Below are positions 32,144 through 42,364 of a stretch of 52,238 nt of DNA, piece by piece (position 1 is the stretch's first letter; each line of letters opens with the position of its first letter). Origin of the DNA: a bacterium. Its GTDB lineage: Bacteria > SZUA-182 > DTGQ01. The stretch is from positions 1 to 52,238 of the forward strand of contig JBFMGO010000031.1 of NCBI GenBank assembly GCA_040752695.1. The letters run 5' to 3'. The position numbers and the translations under genes are program-made. The notes below the pieces were generated by a model, which was not told the DNA's origin, made no database searches, and saw only the letters and a program-made list of their open reading frames with translations.

Positions 32144-33711
32144 AGCGGCTTGACCCTGTAACTCTTGAAATCTTCAAACACCTCATTCTGGCTATCCCTG
32201 AAGAAATGGGTGCCAACTTAAGACGCACCGCATTTTCGGCCAATATCAAGGAGAGGATGGATGAAAGCTGTGCTCTCTTTGATGCCCGCGGCCGCCTGAT
32301 AGCGCAGGCCGAGCATATCCCTGTTCATCTCGGGGCCATGCCGTCTGCCGTGCAGGCTGTCATGGCTGATTTCCCGGACCTTTTGCCCGGGGACCAGGTG
32401 ATTGTCAACGATCCCTACCGGGGAGGCTCTCATCTGCCTGACATTACCCTGATCGCACCCTTTTTTTTGACGGGCAGGCTCAAAGGCTTTGCAGTAAACC
32501 GTGCCCATCATGCTGATGTGGGCGGCCTGACTCCAGGGTCCATGCCTGGTCTGAGTCACACCTTAACCGATGAAGGAATTATTATTCCTCCCTCACTTTT
32601 CATTCGCAATGGCAGCATTATAGAAGAAATCACCGGCCGGTTTACCCATGAAACCAGGAATCCGCAAGAGCGGCTGGGTGATTTGAGTGCTCAGGCCGGG
32701 GCCAATATCCTCGGCGTGTCACGATGCGTCGATTTCATCAGGCGTTATGGAGAGGGTGCATTCGATGATTTTGTGGAGGCTATTATTGGTTATTCGGCCA
32801 GACGGGTACGGGCACATCTTGGTACTCTTCCTGAGGGATCTTTTTCGGCCATCGATTACCTTGACGGAGATTGCCAGGAAGAAGGAGCGGGTATACCCAT
32901 TCAAATCAGGCTGAACCTGCAAGAAGAGAGTATCACGGTGGATTTCAGCGGTACGGCGCTCCAGTCTCCGGGCAACATCAATGCTCCCTTAAGTGTTACG
33001 AAATCTGCGGTGTACTATGTCGTGCGATGCCTCTTGCCCTCTGATATCCCTTTGAATCACGGCTGCTATGAGACAGTCCGGGTGATTGCCCCCATAGGAT
33101 CTCTTCTCAATCCCAAGCCGCCTGCTGCCGTAAGTTCCGGGAATGTAGAAACTTCACAGCGCATTGTCGATGTTCTGCTCCTTGCCTTTGCCAAGGTGCT
33201 GCCGGAGCGCATTCCGGCTCAGGCTCAGGGGACCATGAACAATGTAGCCTTCGGCTGGAGCGAGAGCACCTATTATGAGACCATAGCCGGCGGTATGGGT
33301 GCCGCACCCTCTCACGGCGGTGCAAGCGGAGTCCAGGTACATATGACCAACACCGCCAATACGCCGGTAGAGGCGCTAGAGAGTGCCTTCCCCTTGCGGA
33401 TAGAAAGGACTTGCCTTCGTCCTCATTCCGGCGGTCTGGGACTTCATCAGGGAGGAATGGGTATTATCCGGGAATTTTCATTTCTCGATGACACCACGGT
33501 ATCCATTCAATCGGAGCGCAGGCTTCTGCCTCCCAGAGGGCTGGCAGGAGGTGGTGACGCACAGTGCGGGATCAACCGGCTGCGCCGCCCGGGCGGCGCA
33601 GCCGGGATACTCCCCGGCCGCGTTACCTTTACGGCCCGCCAGGGGGAAACCCTGATCATCCAAACACCTGGCGGAGGCGGTTGGGGCAAGCCCGACTGCG
33701 GCGACTCCTAA
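32140..33711 (+). CDS. Hydantoinase/5-oxoprolinase subunit B
   Basis: HIPVHLG, NDPYRGGSHLPD, HHADVGG, HMTNT, TPGGGGWG. Confidence 0.95.
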   Translation: MKRLDPVTLEIFKHLILAIPEEMGANLRRTAFSANIKERMDESCALFDARGRLIAQAEHIPVHLGAMPSAVQAVMADFPDLLPGDQVIVNDPYRGGSHLPDITLIAPFFLTGRLKGFAVNRAHHADVGGLTPGSMPGLSHTLTDEGIIIPPSLFIRNGSIIEEITGRFTHETRNPQERLGDLSAQAGANILGVSRCVDFIRRYGEGAFDDFVEAIIGYSARRVRAHLGTLPEGSFSAIDYLDGDCQEEGAGIPIQIRLNLQEESITVDFSGTALQSPGNINAPLSVTKSAVYYVVRCLLPSDIPLNHGCYETVRVIAPIGSLLNPKPPAAVSSGNVETSQRIVDVLLLAFAKVLPERIPAQAQGTMNNVAFGWSESTYYETIAGGMGAAPSHGGASGVQVHMTNTANTPVEALESAFPLRIERTCLRPHSGGLGLHQGGMGIIREFSFLDDTTVSIQSERRLLPPRGLAGGGDAQCGINRLRRPGGAAGILPGRVTFTARQGETLIIQTPGGGGWGKPDCGDS

Positions 33712-33775
33712 ACACGCCCCTTCTCATGGCCTTCGCTTCATGCCCCTTTGCCGCCGCCCTGTGATAAGCCGTGCC

Positions 33776-33808
33776 TCTTGCAGGGGCAAGTCTTTTGCCC
33801 CTGCAAGA
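33776..33808. repeat. 14-bp stem hairpin between convergent genes (terminator or REP-like)
   Basis: tcttgcaggggcaa-gtctt-ttgcccctgcaaga. Confidence 0.6.
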
Positions 33809-33911
33809 AGAAGTGATTACATTTTCCCGGCCAGGCTCTCATTTTTCCGAACAAACTTTTAACGCGCTTTGCACTGAAGTACGTTTTGCTTTGCACCGAG
33901 GTGCGCTCTGT

Positions 33912-34670
33912 TTAAAGGCTGTATCCCATAACTACGCCGGCGTAGAATCTATTATCCTGTTCATCGGCCAGGTCGCCGTAAGGAATGGAGTAGTTGACAT
34001 TCGGCTTGAAGGTCAGATTTCCGGTCAGAGGAACGCTCACCCCTGCGGTCAGGGCTACATCACCCCCGGTTCCGTCGAGAAAATAGCCATCGTTGTATCC
34101 GACATGTCCGGAAAGATCCAAACTGATTCCCTTATTCACCGCAAAGCTCTGAGCAAGGGCAAGGGCTGCATAGTCTCCCTTCCCTCCACCTGAGTCTTCA
34201 TCAGAATAGTCATGCTTCCAGGATACTGAGGGGGAGAGCAGGGTGTCGTAGAAGATCCCCACCGACACTTCCTTGGCAAAGCTATTGGTATATTCATAGT
34301 CGTCATCACCAACAGCAACCCTGTTGCAGCCCGAGAAATCAAAGTAGGTATGACCAACACTGACCCTCAGTTTCTCGATCGTGTAGGCATATTCGATGCA
34401 ATAATCGACCTCGTCAGAATTGATCCCCTCCTGGTTCCTGATGTCCTGACTGTTCCAGATGGTGAGGGTCAGCCCTTTATAACCGATATAAAAACCCGCC
34501 TGCAAGACCGGATCTTCATCATAGGTAAATCCCTTGCCGACATAATTGGTGTAGAAGGCATAGTCAGCACTGAAGGTAACATCCTTGGCCAGAGAGTAAT
34601 CCTCGGCACAAGCAGAACAACAAGCCAAAATACTGAAAATCACCATAACCGGACAGAGAGCTTTTTTCAT
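33912..34670 (-). CDS. Exported outer-membrane beta-barrel protein (TorF/TIGR02001-like)
   Basis: Signal peptide, alternating aromatic strands, YVGKG..., EVDY, C-terminal GYSL. Confidence 0.75.
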   Translation of the reverse strand: MKKALCPVMVIFSILACCSACAEDYSLAKDVTFSADYAFYTNYVGKGFTYDEDPVLQAGFYIGYKGLTLTIWNSQDIRNQEGINSDEVDYCIEYAYTIEKLRVSVGHTYFDFSGCNRVAVGDDDYEYTNSFAKEVSVGIFYDTLLSPSVSWKHDYSDEDSGGGKGDYAALALAQSFAVNKGISLDLSGHVGYNDGYFLDGTGGDVALTAGVSVPLTGNLTFKPNVNYSIPYGDLADEQDNRFYAGVVMGYSL

Positions 34671-35429
34671 TTTTTCTTTTTCTCCTTTCTTTCCTTATCT
34701 TGTTCCTTATCTTGCACGCTAAGGGCCTATCCCGAAACGAACCTGACAGGAGGGAGGTACGGCACTGACCGAGAGTCCATCCAAAACATCGAGAGAGAGA
34801 TCTTGAGTTCTTCCAACGAAAAATCTGCCCCTGTAAGCATTCAGCCTCTCCCCCGGCAAGGGCGGCAGAATGTAGTGGACAACCTGATCCACGGCAAGGA
34901 GGTTATCTTATTCCATGCAAACCGCCCTCGTCCATGAGGAAGGGAGGCGCATTATAGAGCCTTGACCTGCTCTTTTTTAGTCCTCGGTCGCCCGCTGGGG
35001 ATATTCCTGCGGCCTTGGCTATCTATTGAGATTTTTCAGGATAAGCTCCAAGGGGAGGTTACTGCACCTGTACGGTTTAACCGCATAAAGGATGCCACTT
35101 TGAAGCGGAAGATGGTTCATTGCATGGAACGATTTATTTATCAAGGTAATAGCCAGGGATAAAGGAACATGGGGAAACCATTTCGTTATGTATCTGAAAC
35201 GATTAAACTTTGGCACTCGTTTGCATGTTTTTTTGTTTATTACTGAAAAGTTGTGTTAGAGGTGTTGAAGTTTATCATGATTGCTTTTTTTTGATCATAT
35301 GTCCGGTTTCTGGCATAGAGAAAAACACTCTTTAGTAACTCGACGATAACGAATTACCGAACAGGCAGCCCGTTTCAGGGAACGAACACATCAATCGATT
35401 AATTAATGTCTGCAAATGATGGGTTGGCA

Positions 35430-35481
35430 TTGAAAAATGCCGAAAAAAAGGCTATTATGAAGAAAAAGTGACTGTATCACT
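35430..35481 (+). promoter_or_regulatory. Sigma70-type promoter plus small palindrome upstream of ahbC-like gene
   Basis: TTGAAA-17 nt-TATTAT, then AGTGA-N5-TCACT at 35467-35481. Confidence 0.5.
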
Positions 35482-35606
35482 ACCCAGACAGATTGCGACT
35501 ACCTAAAGCAGAGGAACCAGGGGTCCGGACTCACGCTCCCTCAACTGGCCCATTTCTTTGACTCCCTGACTTGTTGGTTCCTGACTATCGAAGGGGAAAA
35601 ATTACC

Positions 35607-36833
35607 ATGATCAATATAACCAGATTATACTGCGGAGAGGAAACTCCCAGTGATGACATTCGATATGGCCAGAAGATTCACAAATGCCACCATGGACTTC
35701 CGCAGTCATGGGAGGGATTGACCGACCGGGTTCCTCCTTCGGCTGCCTCAAGAAGGCCCATAGTGGTCTGGAACTCGACCAGGACCTGTAATTTGAAATG
35801 CGTTCACTGCTATACCGATTCTGAAAATATTTCCTATCAGGGAGAATTGACCACGGATGAAGGCAGGAAGATGCTGGCGGATCTGGGAGCTTTCAAGGTG
35901 CCGGCCATTCTTTTTTCCGGCGGAGAGCCGCTTTTGCGCAAGGACCTGTTTGAACTGGCAGCCTGGGCCCTGGAGCAGGGGGTCAAGCCGACGCTTTCCA
36001 CCAACGGTACACTGATCACCAAAGAGGTTGCCCGGAAGCTGAAGGAAACGGGTTTCACGTATGTAGGCATCAGCCTGGATGGAATCGGGGAAGTAAACGA
36101 TCAGTTCCGCGGTGTGAAAGGTGCTTTTGAGCGGGCCATGAGAGGATTTAAAAACTGTGTCGAGGAGGATCAGCGGGTGGGATTGCGGCTGACTTTGACC
36201 AGAAAGAACGCCCAGGACCTGCACAGAATCTTTAACTTTATCGAAGAAGAAAAGATCGACCGGGCCTGCTTTTACCATCTGGTCTATTCAGGACGGGGAA
36301 GTAATATCCGCTGTGACGACCTGACTGCTGAAGAATCGCGTCGCGCTATGGACATCATCCTGAGCCGGAGTGAAGATTTCGCCAAAAGGGGCCTGAACAA
36401 AGAGATCTTGACCGTGGATAACCATGTGGACGGGATCTATCTGTATCTGAAGTTGCTGGAGAAGAATCCCAAGCGGGCTGCCGAGATTATGGACCTTTTG
36501 AAATGGAACGGCGGAGGTCTGTATTCAACCGGAGTCGGCATCGGCGAAATCGATTTTTGCGGGAATGTACATCCTGATCAGTTCTGGCTCGATCACACGC
36601 TGGGAAACGTCCGTGAGCGACCCTTCTCGGAAATCTGGATGGATACTTCCGACTCCATTATGGCCGGACTGAAGAATCGAAAGCATTTGCTCAAGGGAAA
36701 GTGCAGTAAGTGCCAGTGGATCGATGCTTGCGGTGGATCGTTCCGGGTGCGGGCTTTGCGGGTTTATGGAGACCCCTGGATGGAAGACCCTCAGTGCTAT
36801 CTTACTGCACAGGAGTGCGGAATCAGTGAATGA
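35607..36833 (+). CDS. ahbC: Radical SAM/SPASM protein, AhbC/NirJ1-like (alternative heme pathway)
   Basis: MINITRLYCG...SDDIRYG N-terminus, VVWNSTRTCNLKCVHCY, FYHLVYSGRG, LTVDNHVDG, SPASM cysteines. Confidence 0.78.
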   Translation: MINITRLYCGEETPSDDIRYGQKIHKCHHGLPQSWEGLTDRVPPSAASRRPIVVWNSTRTCNLKCVHCYTDSENISYQGELTTDEGRKMLADLGAFKVPAILFSGGEPLLRKDLFELAAWALEQGVKPTLSTNGTLITKEVARKLKETGFTYVGISLDGIGEVNDQFRGVKGAFERAMRGFKNCVEEDQRVGLRLTLTRKNAQDLHRIFNFIEEEKIDRACFYHLVYSGRGSNIRCDDLTAEESRRAMDIILSRSEDFAKRGLNKEILTVDNHVDGIYLYLKLLEKNPKRAAEIMDLLKWNGGGLYSTGVGIGEIDFCGNVHPDQFWLDHTLGNVRERPFSEIWMDTSDSIMAGLKNRKHLLKGKCSKCQWIDACGGSFRVRALRVYGDPWMEDPQCYLTAQECGISE

Positions 36834-36936
36834 ATCCTGGATAAGTCCGGATATACGTGAATCTCCCGGCAGCGGAGTTTGAAACATTGACTACTTTCAC
36901 CAAGAAGCATTTCAAGAGAGTGAGTGGTTTACGGTA

Positions 36937-37818
36937 ATGGCTGATTTAGCCTGGGTCATTCAGACGGTATTTCTCCTTGGGTTTCTTCACGGGCTCAAGG
37001 GAGATCATCTTATCGATGTCCTGAATTCCAAGGGGGCGGAAGAGATATATACCCGCCCCTCATGGATTTCTTTCAGGCTGGGAGTGGTGCACCTTGGATA
37101 CGTCCTGTGTTTTATGGTTCCATTCTGGTTATTATGGCTCTTGGGGATAGAAGCCCCTATCGTGCATTATTCATTTTCCCAGCCCGCTGTCGGGATCATT
37201 TTTACAGCCTTGGGTCTGTACAGCCTCTATGAATTCTTCTTTATACCTCCCAAACAGCTTCATCAGCATGACCACCATCACAAGCATGAGCATGGCCATT
37301 TACACTCGAAAGAGCCACCTGCTTCAGCAGGGGGAGAAGGTCATGTTGGTCACGTTCACCTTCCAAAGTACATAGATAAACCTGAATCGGTGGTTCCGGT
37401 GGCCCTGGGAAATTCCGTAGGGTCAGAGCAAGCGGCGGATGGCAGGCAACCGGCTGCCTCAGCTCATGAGCACCCTCATGAGCACCAGCATGAGCATCTG
37501 CACTTTCATGATCCAGAGGCGAATAAAAATCACAGCCATCAACATTATGCCGGAAAAATGAGCCGCCTGGGTACCCTTCATAATGTGATCTCACTGCTGG
37601 CAGTCTCCATGACTGCCCTTGTTTTCCCCTTGAAAGAAATCCTCTCCTCCCTGGCTGCACTGGCCGCATTCCTGGTTGGGCTATTCCTCGCTATCTACCT
37701 CCTTGAAACGATATACCGGGGTATGGGAATCAAGCTGATAGGCAAGATCGATCGCGTTGCCACCTTTTTACTGGGAGTGGTTGCCGGGCTGATAGGATTT
37801 CTGCTGCTGAAGCCCTGA
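36937..37818 (+). CDS. His-rich integral membrane protein, UreH/RcnA/NiCoT-like metal transporter
   Basis: LHGLKGDHL (Hx4DH) in TM1, about 6 TMs, long His-rich central loop. Confidence 0.7.
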   Translation: MADLAWVIQTVFLLGFLHGLKGDHLIDVLNSKGAEEIYTRPSWISFRLGVVHLGYVLCFMVPFWLLWLLGIEAPIVHYSFSQPAVGIIFTALGLYSLYEFFFIPPKQLHQHDHHHKHEHGHLHSKEPPASAGGEGHVGHVHLPKYIDKPESVVPVALGNSVGSEQAADGRQPAASAHEHPHEHQHEHLHFHDPEANKNHSHQHYAGKMSRLGTLHNVISLLAVSMTALVFPLKEILSSLAALAAFLVGLFLAIYLLETIYRGMGIKLIGKIDRVATFLLGVVAGLIGFLLLKP

Positions 37819-37876
37819 CAACACACCCGGCTCCTTGAGTTGTTCTGATTCTGGGTATCGTCTTTTCGAATTCCGC

Positions 37877-37920
37877 ATTATGTCGTTGTCATGTCATTAT
37901 TATGTCGTTGCCATGTCATT
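37877..37920. repeat. 22-bp tandem duplication
   Basis: attatgtcgttg(t/c)catgtcatt x2. Confidence 0.8.
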
Positions 37921-39962
37921 TATCTGTTGATCCGGTCGCTTGAAAGCATCAATTGCGTGCGTCTGCAGGTACTGGATGCTGTGCGCAGGCACATTTTTGC
38001 TTTTGAGATAGCGGACTGCATTTTTCGTGTACTATCGGGCATGTCTTTCAGAATGGCCTGAGCAGATTCGATCTGGTTATAAATTCTGGTTATCTCTTCG
38101 ACGCTCCTTTGGACTGCCTGGTCATTATCCGCGCCGGAGTCCTGGCCGGTGTCTGAACTTTCTTTCATGAACTGAATATCCTCCATCAACTCATCCAAAC
38201 TGGCCTTGGCTGAGTCCACATTGCCCCGGCGTAAAGACTGGAGAGCCATGGTGATGAGATCCTTGATCCATTTCATTTGCGAACGCACCATTTCCCTCGG
38301 ATGAGCAGGTTCTAATACGCTGACCCCCCCTTCAGGCTTTTGGATATTGATGCCCATCCTCTGGGAAATAGAATAAGCTACTGAACTGGAAACTGAGCCG
38401 TGCGCGCAATAGACCGTGCCATCCTTGTCCAGGGTCAGCACACTTTCACTGGTATCCGGCAATTCTGCAAACGAATTGATTGTGGGCAGGAATCTCTTTT
38501 GGCTGTCGAAGGGTGTCAAGACTACCAGAAGATTCCGCAGGGGATAAAGATGAGAAAAGGTTTCTTCCTGAAGTGAGACCTCATAGCCTAAAGCCATAGT
38601 AAGATAGAGGTGGTTTTTACTGACCGAGACAACGCTGTTGCACTGCATGGAAGGTTTAACCCGTTGGGAAGGATTTTCATCTCTGCTGGGCACAGGCAAA
38701 AAGGAGTTAAGCAGGTTTCCGATTATGGTGTCGTTAAAATCCAGCCGCCACAGAATCTGTCCCGAATCGCCGAGGTCTTTGACTGCATAGACCTGGCTTT
38801 TGCTTACCCCGTAGATTGTCCCGTCCTGCCCGATAGCCGGAGATGCGGGCTGTGCCTGAACATCGAGGGTCCATACGTTTTCCCCTTCCGTATCGAAGGC
38901 ATAAAGGGTTCCTTTATCGTCAAGAGTGTAGATGTGTGAGCCGTTGGGTGAAATGGCCGGGCTCGATCCGCTGCCTGGCTCCATTTCGGTTTGAAAGGCT
39001 AGTTGCAGCTTGGCGGGAGTATCCACGGTGGCAGGGATGAAATCTACTCCAAAAAACCTGCCCTGGACATCGGAAAGGGCATAAGACCGTACAGTGCCGG
39101 AAATATAGACCCGCCCGTTGACCGGATTGACTGCTGGAGTGTTGGTGATCTTGTATTGTCGGCCCATGAGGCCATTGAAAATATCACTGATCGTAAGATG
39201 ATCTCCATTGCTTACCATTCCCTGCCATAAACCAGGAGGGGTAGGAATCTTATACGCACTGTCCGGAGACTGACCGGGAAGTTCCAGAGGGGGAACCACC
39301 ACATGACCATCCTGAGGGTCGAATACATAAACCAATCCACTCACGCCTATACCTATGATATGGCCGTCCAGGGAAAAACAGGCCGAAGCAAAAGGCCCCT
39401 CAACTCCCGAACATTTCCACTTCAGGTTCCCGTCAGGATAAAAACAAAAAAATTCATCCGAATCACCAAGATAGATATTCCCCTGCCGATCCAGCAGGGG
39501 AGCACTGCAAAAGGCACCATTATCCGGGAGATAACTTCTCCACAGCTCATTTCCCTGCTTGTCAAAGGCATGGAGATTGCCGTAGCTTTCTTCCTTTCCG
39601 GTAGTAAAGTAAATATGCCCTTCCGGGCCGATAACTACAGCGGTGAGTACAGACGAATATTCACCACTAAGGGCATGCCATTTCGATTTCAATTGCCCGG
39701 CGGTGAGGGAGGGGAGATAATCCGAGTTTCTTGAATCCCGGTGTATGGATGGCCAGGAGCTTTGAGCATAAGCAGGAAGGAGTCCATTTGATTCCTGAAT
39801 AGGCGAAGTCTCATCTTTCGGATAGATAAACGGATATTCTCTTTCTCTGTACAATCTGATGCCCTCTGCATAAGAGCAGGAATAAAAAGAGTGTTCGATG
39901 GCGAGCCCGGTGATACATAAGATGACAAATGCGATGAGTAAAAACTTCACATTCGTATGCAT
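37920..39962 (-). CDS. Exported PQQ-like beta-propeller repeat protein with C-terminal helical domain
   Basis: N-terminal hydrophobic helix; repeated SPAI.DG.IY / LYAFD..G...W motifs; ATG 39962 after AAGGAG. Confidence 0.8.
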   Translation of the reverse strand: MHTNVKFLLIAFVILCITGLAIEHSFYSCSYAEGIRLYREREYPFIYPKDETSPIQESNGLLPAYAQSSWPSIHRDSRNSDYLPSLTAGQLKSKWHALSGEYSSVLTAVVIGPEGHIYFTTGKEESYGNLHAFDKQGNELWRSYLPDNGAFCSAPLLDRQGNIYLGDSDEFFCFYPDGNLKWKCSGVEGPFASACFSLDGHIIGIGVSGLVYVFDPQDGHVVVPPLELPGQSPDSAYKIPTPPGLWQGMVSNGDHLTISDIFNGLMGRQYKITNTPAVNPVNGRVYISGTVRSYALSDVQGRFFGVDFIPATVDTPAKLQLAFQTEMEPGSGSSPAISPNGSHIYTLDDKGTLYAFDTEGENVWTLDVQAQPASPAIGQDGTIYGVSKSQVYAVKDLGDSGQILWRLDFNDTIIGNLLNSFLPVPSRDENPSQRVKPSMQCNSVVSVSKNHLYLTMALGYEVSLQEETFSHLYPLRNLLVVLTPFDSQKRFLPTINSFAELPDTSESVLTLDKDGTVYCAHGSVSSSVAYSISQRMGINIQKPEGGVSVLEPAHPREMVRSQMKWIKDLITMALQSLRRGNVDSAKASLDELMEDIQFMKESSDTGQDSGADNDQAVQRSVEEITRIYNQIESAQAILKDMPDSTRKMQSAISKAKMCLRTASSTCRRTQLMLSSDRINR

Positions 39963-40422
39963 GGCAAGCTCCTTATCACTTTTCAGCATTTTTTGAATAA
40001 TTTAATAACTTATAAGTATGTCAAAAGTATAAATTAATATAAATTATGAGTAAAGTTATAAGTATAAGTTAATGATAAATTATATTACATTATATACAAG
40101 AATTGGTTTATGCCTCAGGTATATTTCTATCGGCTTTTCTATAAATGATAACGAATGATTTAATTTTGGCTATCACTTTAATAACCGGTGTCCCACGGGA
40201 GACTTGGATAGACCGAAGGTGAGTTGAAAAGGGCCGATAAAATATATGACGTGTTCGCGTGAAGTAAAAACTTCCCCCATAATGGGCCGGATAGGAGCGC
40301 TTTTTATTCGTGATGCCAGTGATGATCAGGCAGAAGTGGAACATCAGGGCGATAAGGTTGTATCAGCAAAAAGGTGAGAAGAAGCCGGGAGGGGAGAATC
40401 AGCTAAGGAAGGGAGAAAAGGA

Positions 40423-40833
40423 ATGGCATCTATATTTTTGTTCGATGATGATATACAGATGTCCAAGGCTATGGAAAACGATTTGGAAAAGATGGGCAAT
40501 AACGTTGTTGTTATCAACAACCTTGACGATCTGGATGATAAGCTCAATCAAATTGAAAATAATGATATTATCATTATGGATGTGATTTGCCGCTCCAAGA
40601 AGCTTGCTCAGAAAATGGGAACGAAGGAAGAATACGTGGGCCCCTACGGTATTATCTATGTAGCTGAAAAGTGGGGCAGGAATAAAGAGATGCTCGATAA
40701 GGTCATTCTCATGAGTTCATGGGAGGACCCCTGGATTGAAGATGCTGCCAGGAAAATCGATTGCCCTTTGTTTAATAAGTCCTTTCAAAAGGAGAACATG
40801 CTCCAATACATTTCACAGAAAAAGTCTGCTTGA
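40423..40833 (+). CDS. Single-domain response regulator receiver
   Basis: FDDD acidic pocket, IIMD phosphoacceptor, MSS, conserved Lys in FNKS. Confidence 0.78.
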   Translation: MASIFLFDDDIQMSKAMENDLEKMGNNVVVINNLDDLDDKLNQIENNDIIIMDVICRSKKLAQKMGTKEEYVGPYGIIYVAEKWGRNKEMLDKVILMSSWEDPWIEDAARKIDCPLFNKSFQKENMLQYISQKKSA

Positions 40834-40940
40834 CGAGTTTCCAGTTTCGTTTTCGTTTGTGTTGTTTATCTTTGTTTCTTTTATTTGTTTTTGCTCTTTT
40901 TGTTCGTTTTATTTTTCTTTCTTTTCCAGTTCCATTGCGG

Positions 40941-42242
40941 ATGATAAGGGTAGGTTTTGTGGATCAGTTCAAGGATATTGAGTTTTACGAGATTCTCAAG
41001 GAATTATACATCGATATAGACTACTATAAGACCTCACTGAGGGATTTTTTAACCCGTGTTGACCGGATCTGCCAGAAGTTTTTTCACCTGAAAGCAGGAT
41101 TTTATATTCAGACAGACCAGCAGGGGCAAACTCACTACCTTCCATTCAGTGCCGCTTATCTGCCCTGGGAGGAAAGGGTCAGAACGCTTTACAGCTTCAA
41201 GAACCAGACCAGCTCTTATATGGCCCAGTCGATTCTGGGTGATGATCTTCCCCATGCCCCTTTCTGTTTTCCTGATGAGGATCAGGTAGTCATTAATAAT
41301 CAATTCATTTGCTTTATTTATGGTTTTTTCCCTATTTGTGATGCAACCAGCCAAAGAAAAGGGATGTTGTTTTTTGCCTGCGAAAAGGGAACGGGCAGGC
41401 ACTACACTTCTCAGATTGAAAGCCACTGGAGGGATCTTTACTATATCAGCAAAATCTTTAACAAGTTCTTAATTTTCAAGCTGCAGGCAGAGCATGGACA
41501 AAATATTAAAAAAGCATTTCTTAAGGCCCTGGAAGCCAAGGACATTTATTCCTACATGCATGCGGATTTCGTGACCAAATATGCAAGGGCTATCAGCCAG
41601 AAGGCTCTTGAGGAAAAGGATGCCAATTTTCAGGAGGAGGATGTTGATAACCTCGTTCTGGCTGCGGAGCTGCATGACATCGGTAAAATCAACATTCCTG
41701 ACGGTATCCTCAATAAACCAGGCAAGATTTCCGAAGAGGAGTACCGGGAAATCAAGCGCCATCCCTTCTATGCTTATAAGCTCCTGGACATGGTGAATGT
41801 CAATCCCAAAGTGCTCCGGCTCATCACCAACCACCATGAAAGGTGCGATGGGATGGGGTATTACCGCAAGCCGAGACGAGAGATGGACCTTTCGTTAAGC
41901 ATTCTCATTCTGGCCGACTGCTTTGATGCCATGACTTCATGGCGCTATTACAAGCCCAAGGAAAAAATTTTAAGTCTTGCCGATGCCCTGAACGAGTTCA
42001 AATGCCAGAATTCAGCCAATGGAAACGGTCTTCCTCCCAGGATTATTCTTCCCAGGGCCATCGAGTTACTGGAAAAGTGCCTGGAGGAGAACATGGAAAC
42101 CTGGGAAAAAGAATCCAGGGAAAGAAATTCCTCGCTGGAGGAATTGGCCAGAAACTGGAACAAGACCTTTCGAGGCATTCCTCTGTACTGCCAGCATTTC
42201 CCGGAGAAAAGGTGCCTGCAGGGCGAGCCCCTGGATAATTAG
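40941..42242 (+). CDS. HD-GYP-type phosphohydrolase
   Basis: LEAKD, ELHDIGK, ILNKPG, HHERCDGMGYY, ADCFDAMTS.R.YK; start uncertain. Confidence 0.88.
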   Translation: MIRVGFVDQFKDIEFYEILKELYIDIDYYKTSLRDFLTRVDRICQKFFHLKAGFYIQTDQQGQTHYLPFSAAYLPWEERVRTLYSFKNQTSSYMAQSILGDDLPHAPFCFPDEDQVVINNQFICFIYGFFPICDATSQRKGMLFFACEKGTGRHYTSQIESHWRDLYYISKIFNKFLIFKLQAEHGQNIKKAFLKALEAKDIYSYMHADFVTKYARAISQKALEEKDANFQEEDVDNLVLAAELHDIGKINIPDGILNKPGKISEEEYREIKRHPFYAYKLLDMVNVNPKVLRLITNHHERCDGMGYYRKPRREMDLSLSILILADCFDAMTSWRYYKPKEKILSLADALNEFKCQNSANGNGLPPRIILPRAIELLEKCLEENMETWEKESRERNSSLEELARNWNKTFRGIPLYCQHFPEKRCLQGEPLDN

Positions 42243-42364
42243 GGGGAAAATGCATTACCCTCATATCTGCCGGATATCTGCCTTTGTCACGTCCCCCGGT
42301 CTCCTGCAATTCCCAGATGTCAGGAATAACATAAACCGTCCCTGGCACGCGTGTCTCCGCGCCC

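Noticed and set aside
40830..40940. Hydrophobic N-terminus of HD-GYP as a TM helix
   Set aside because: Phe/Leu richness comes from a T-rich low-complexity tract and a TTG overlapping the upstream stop.
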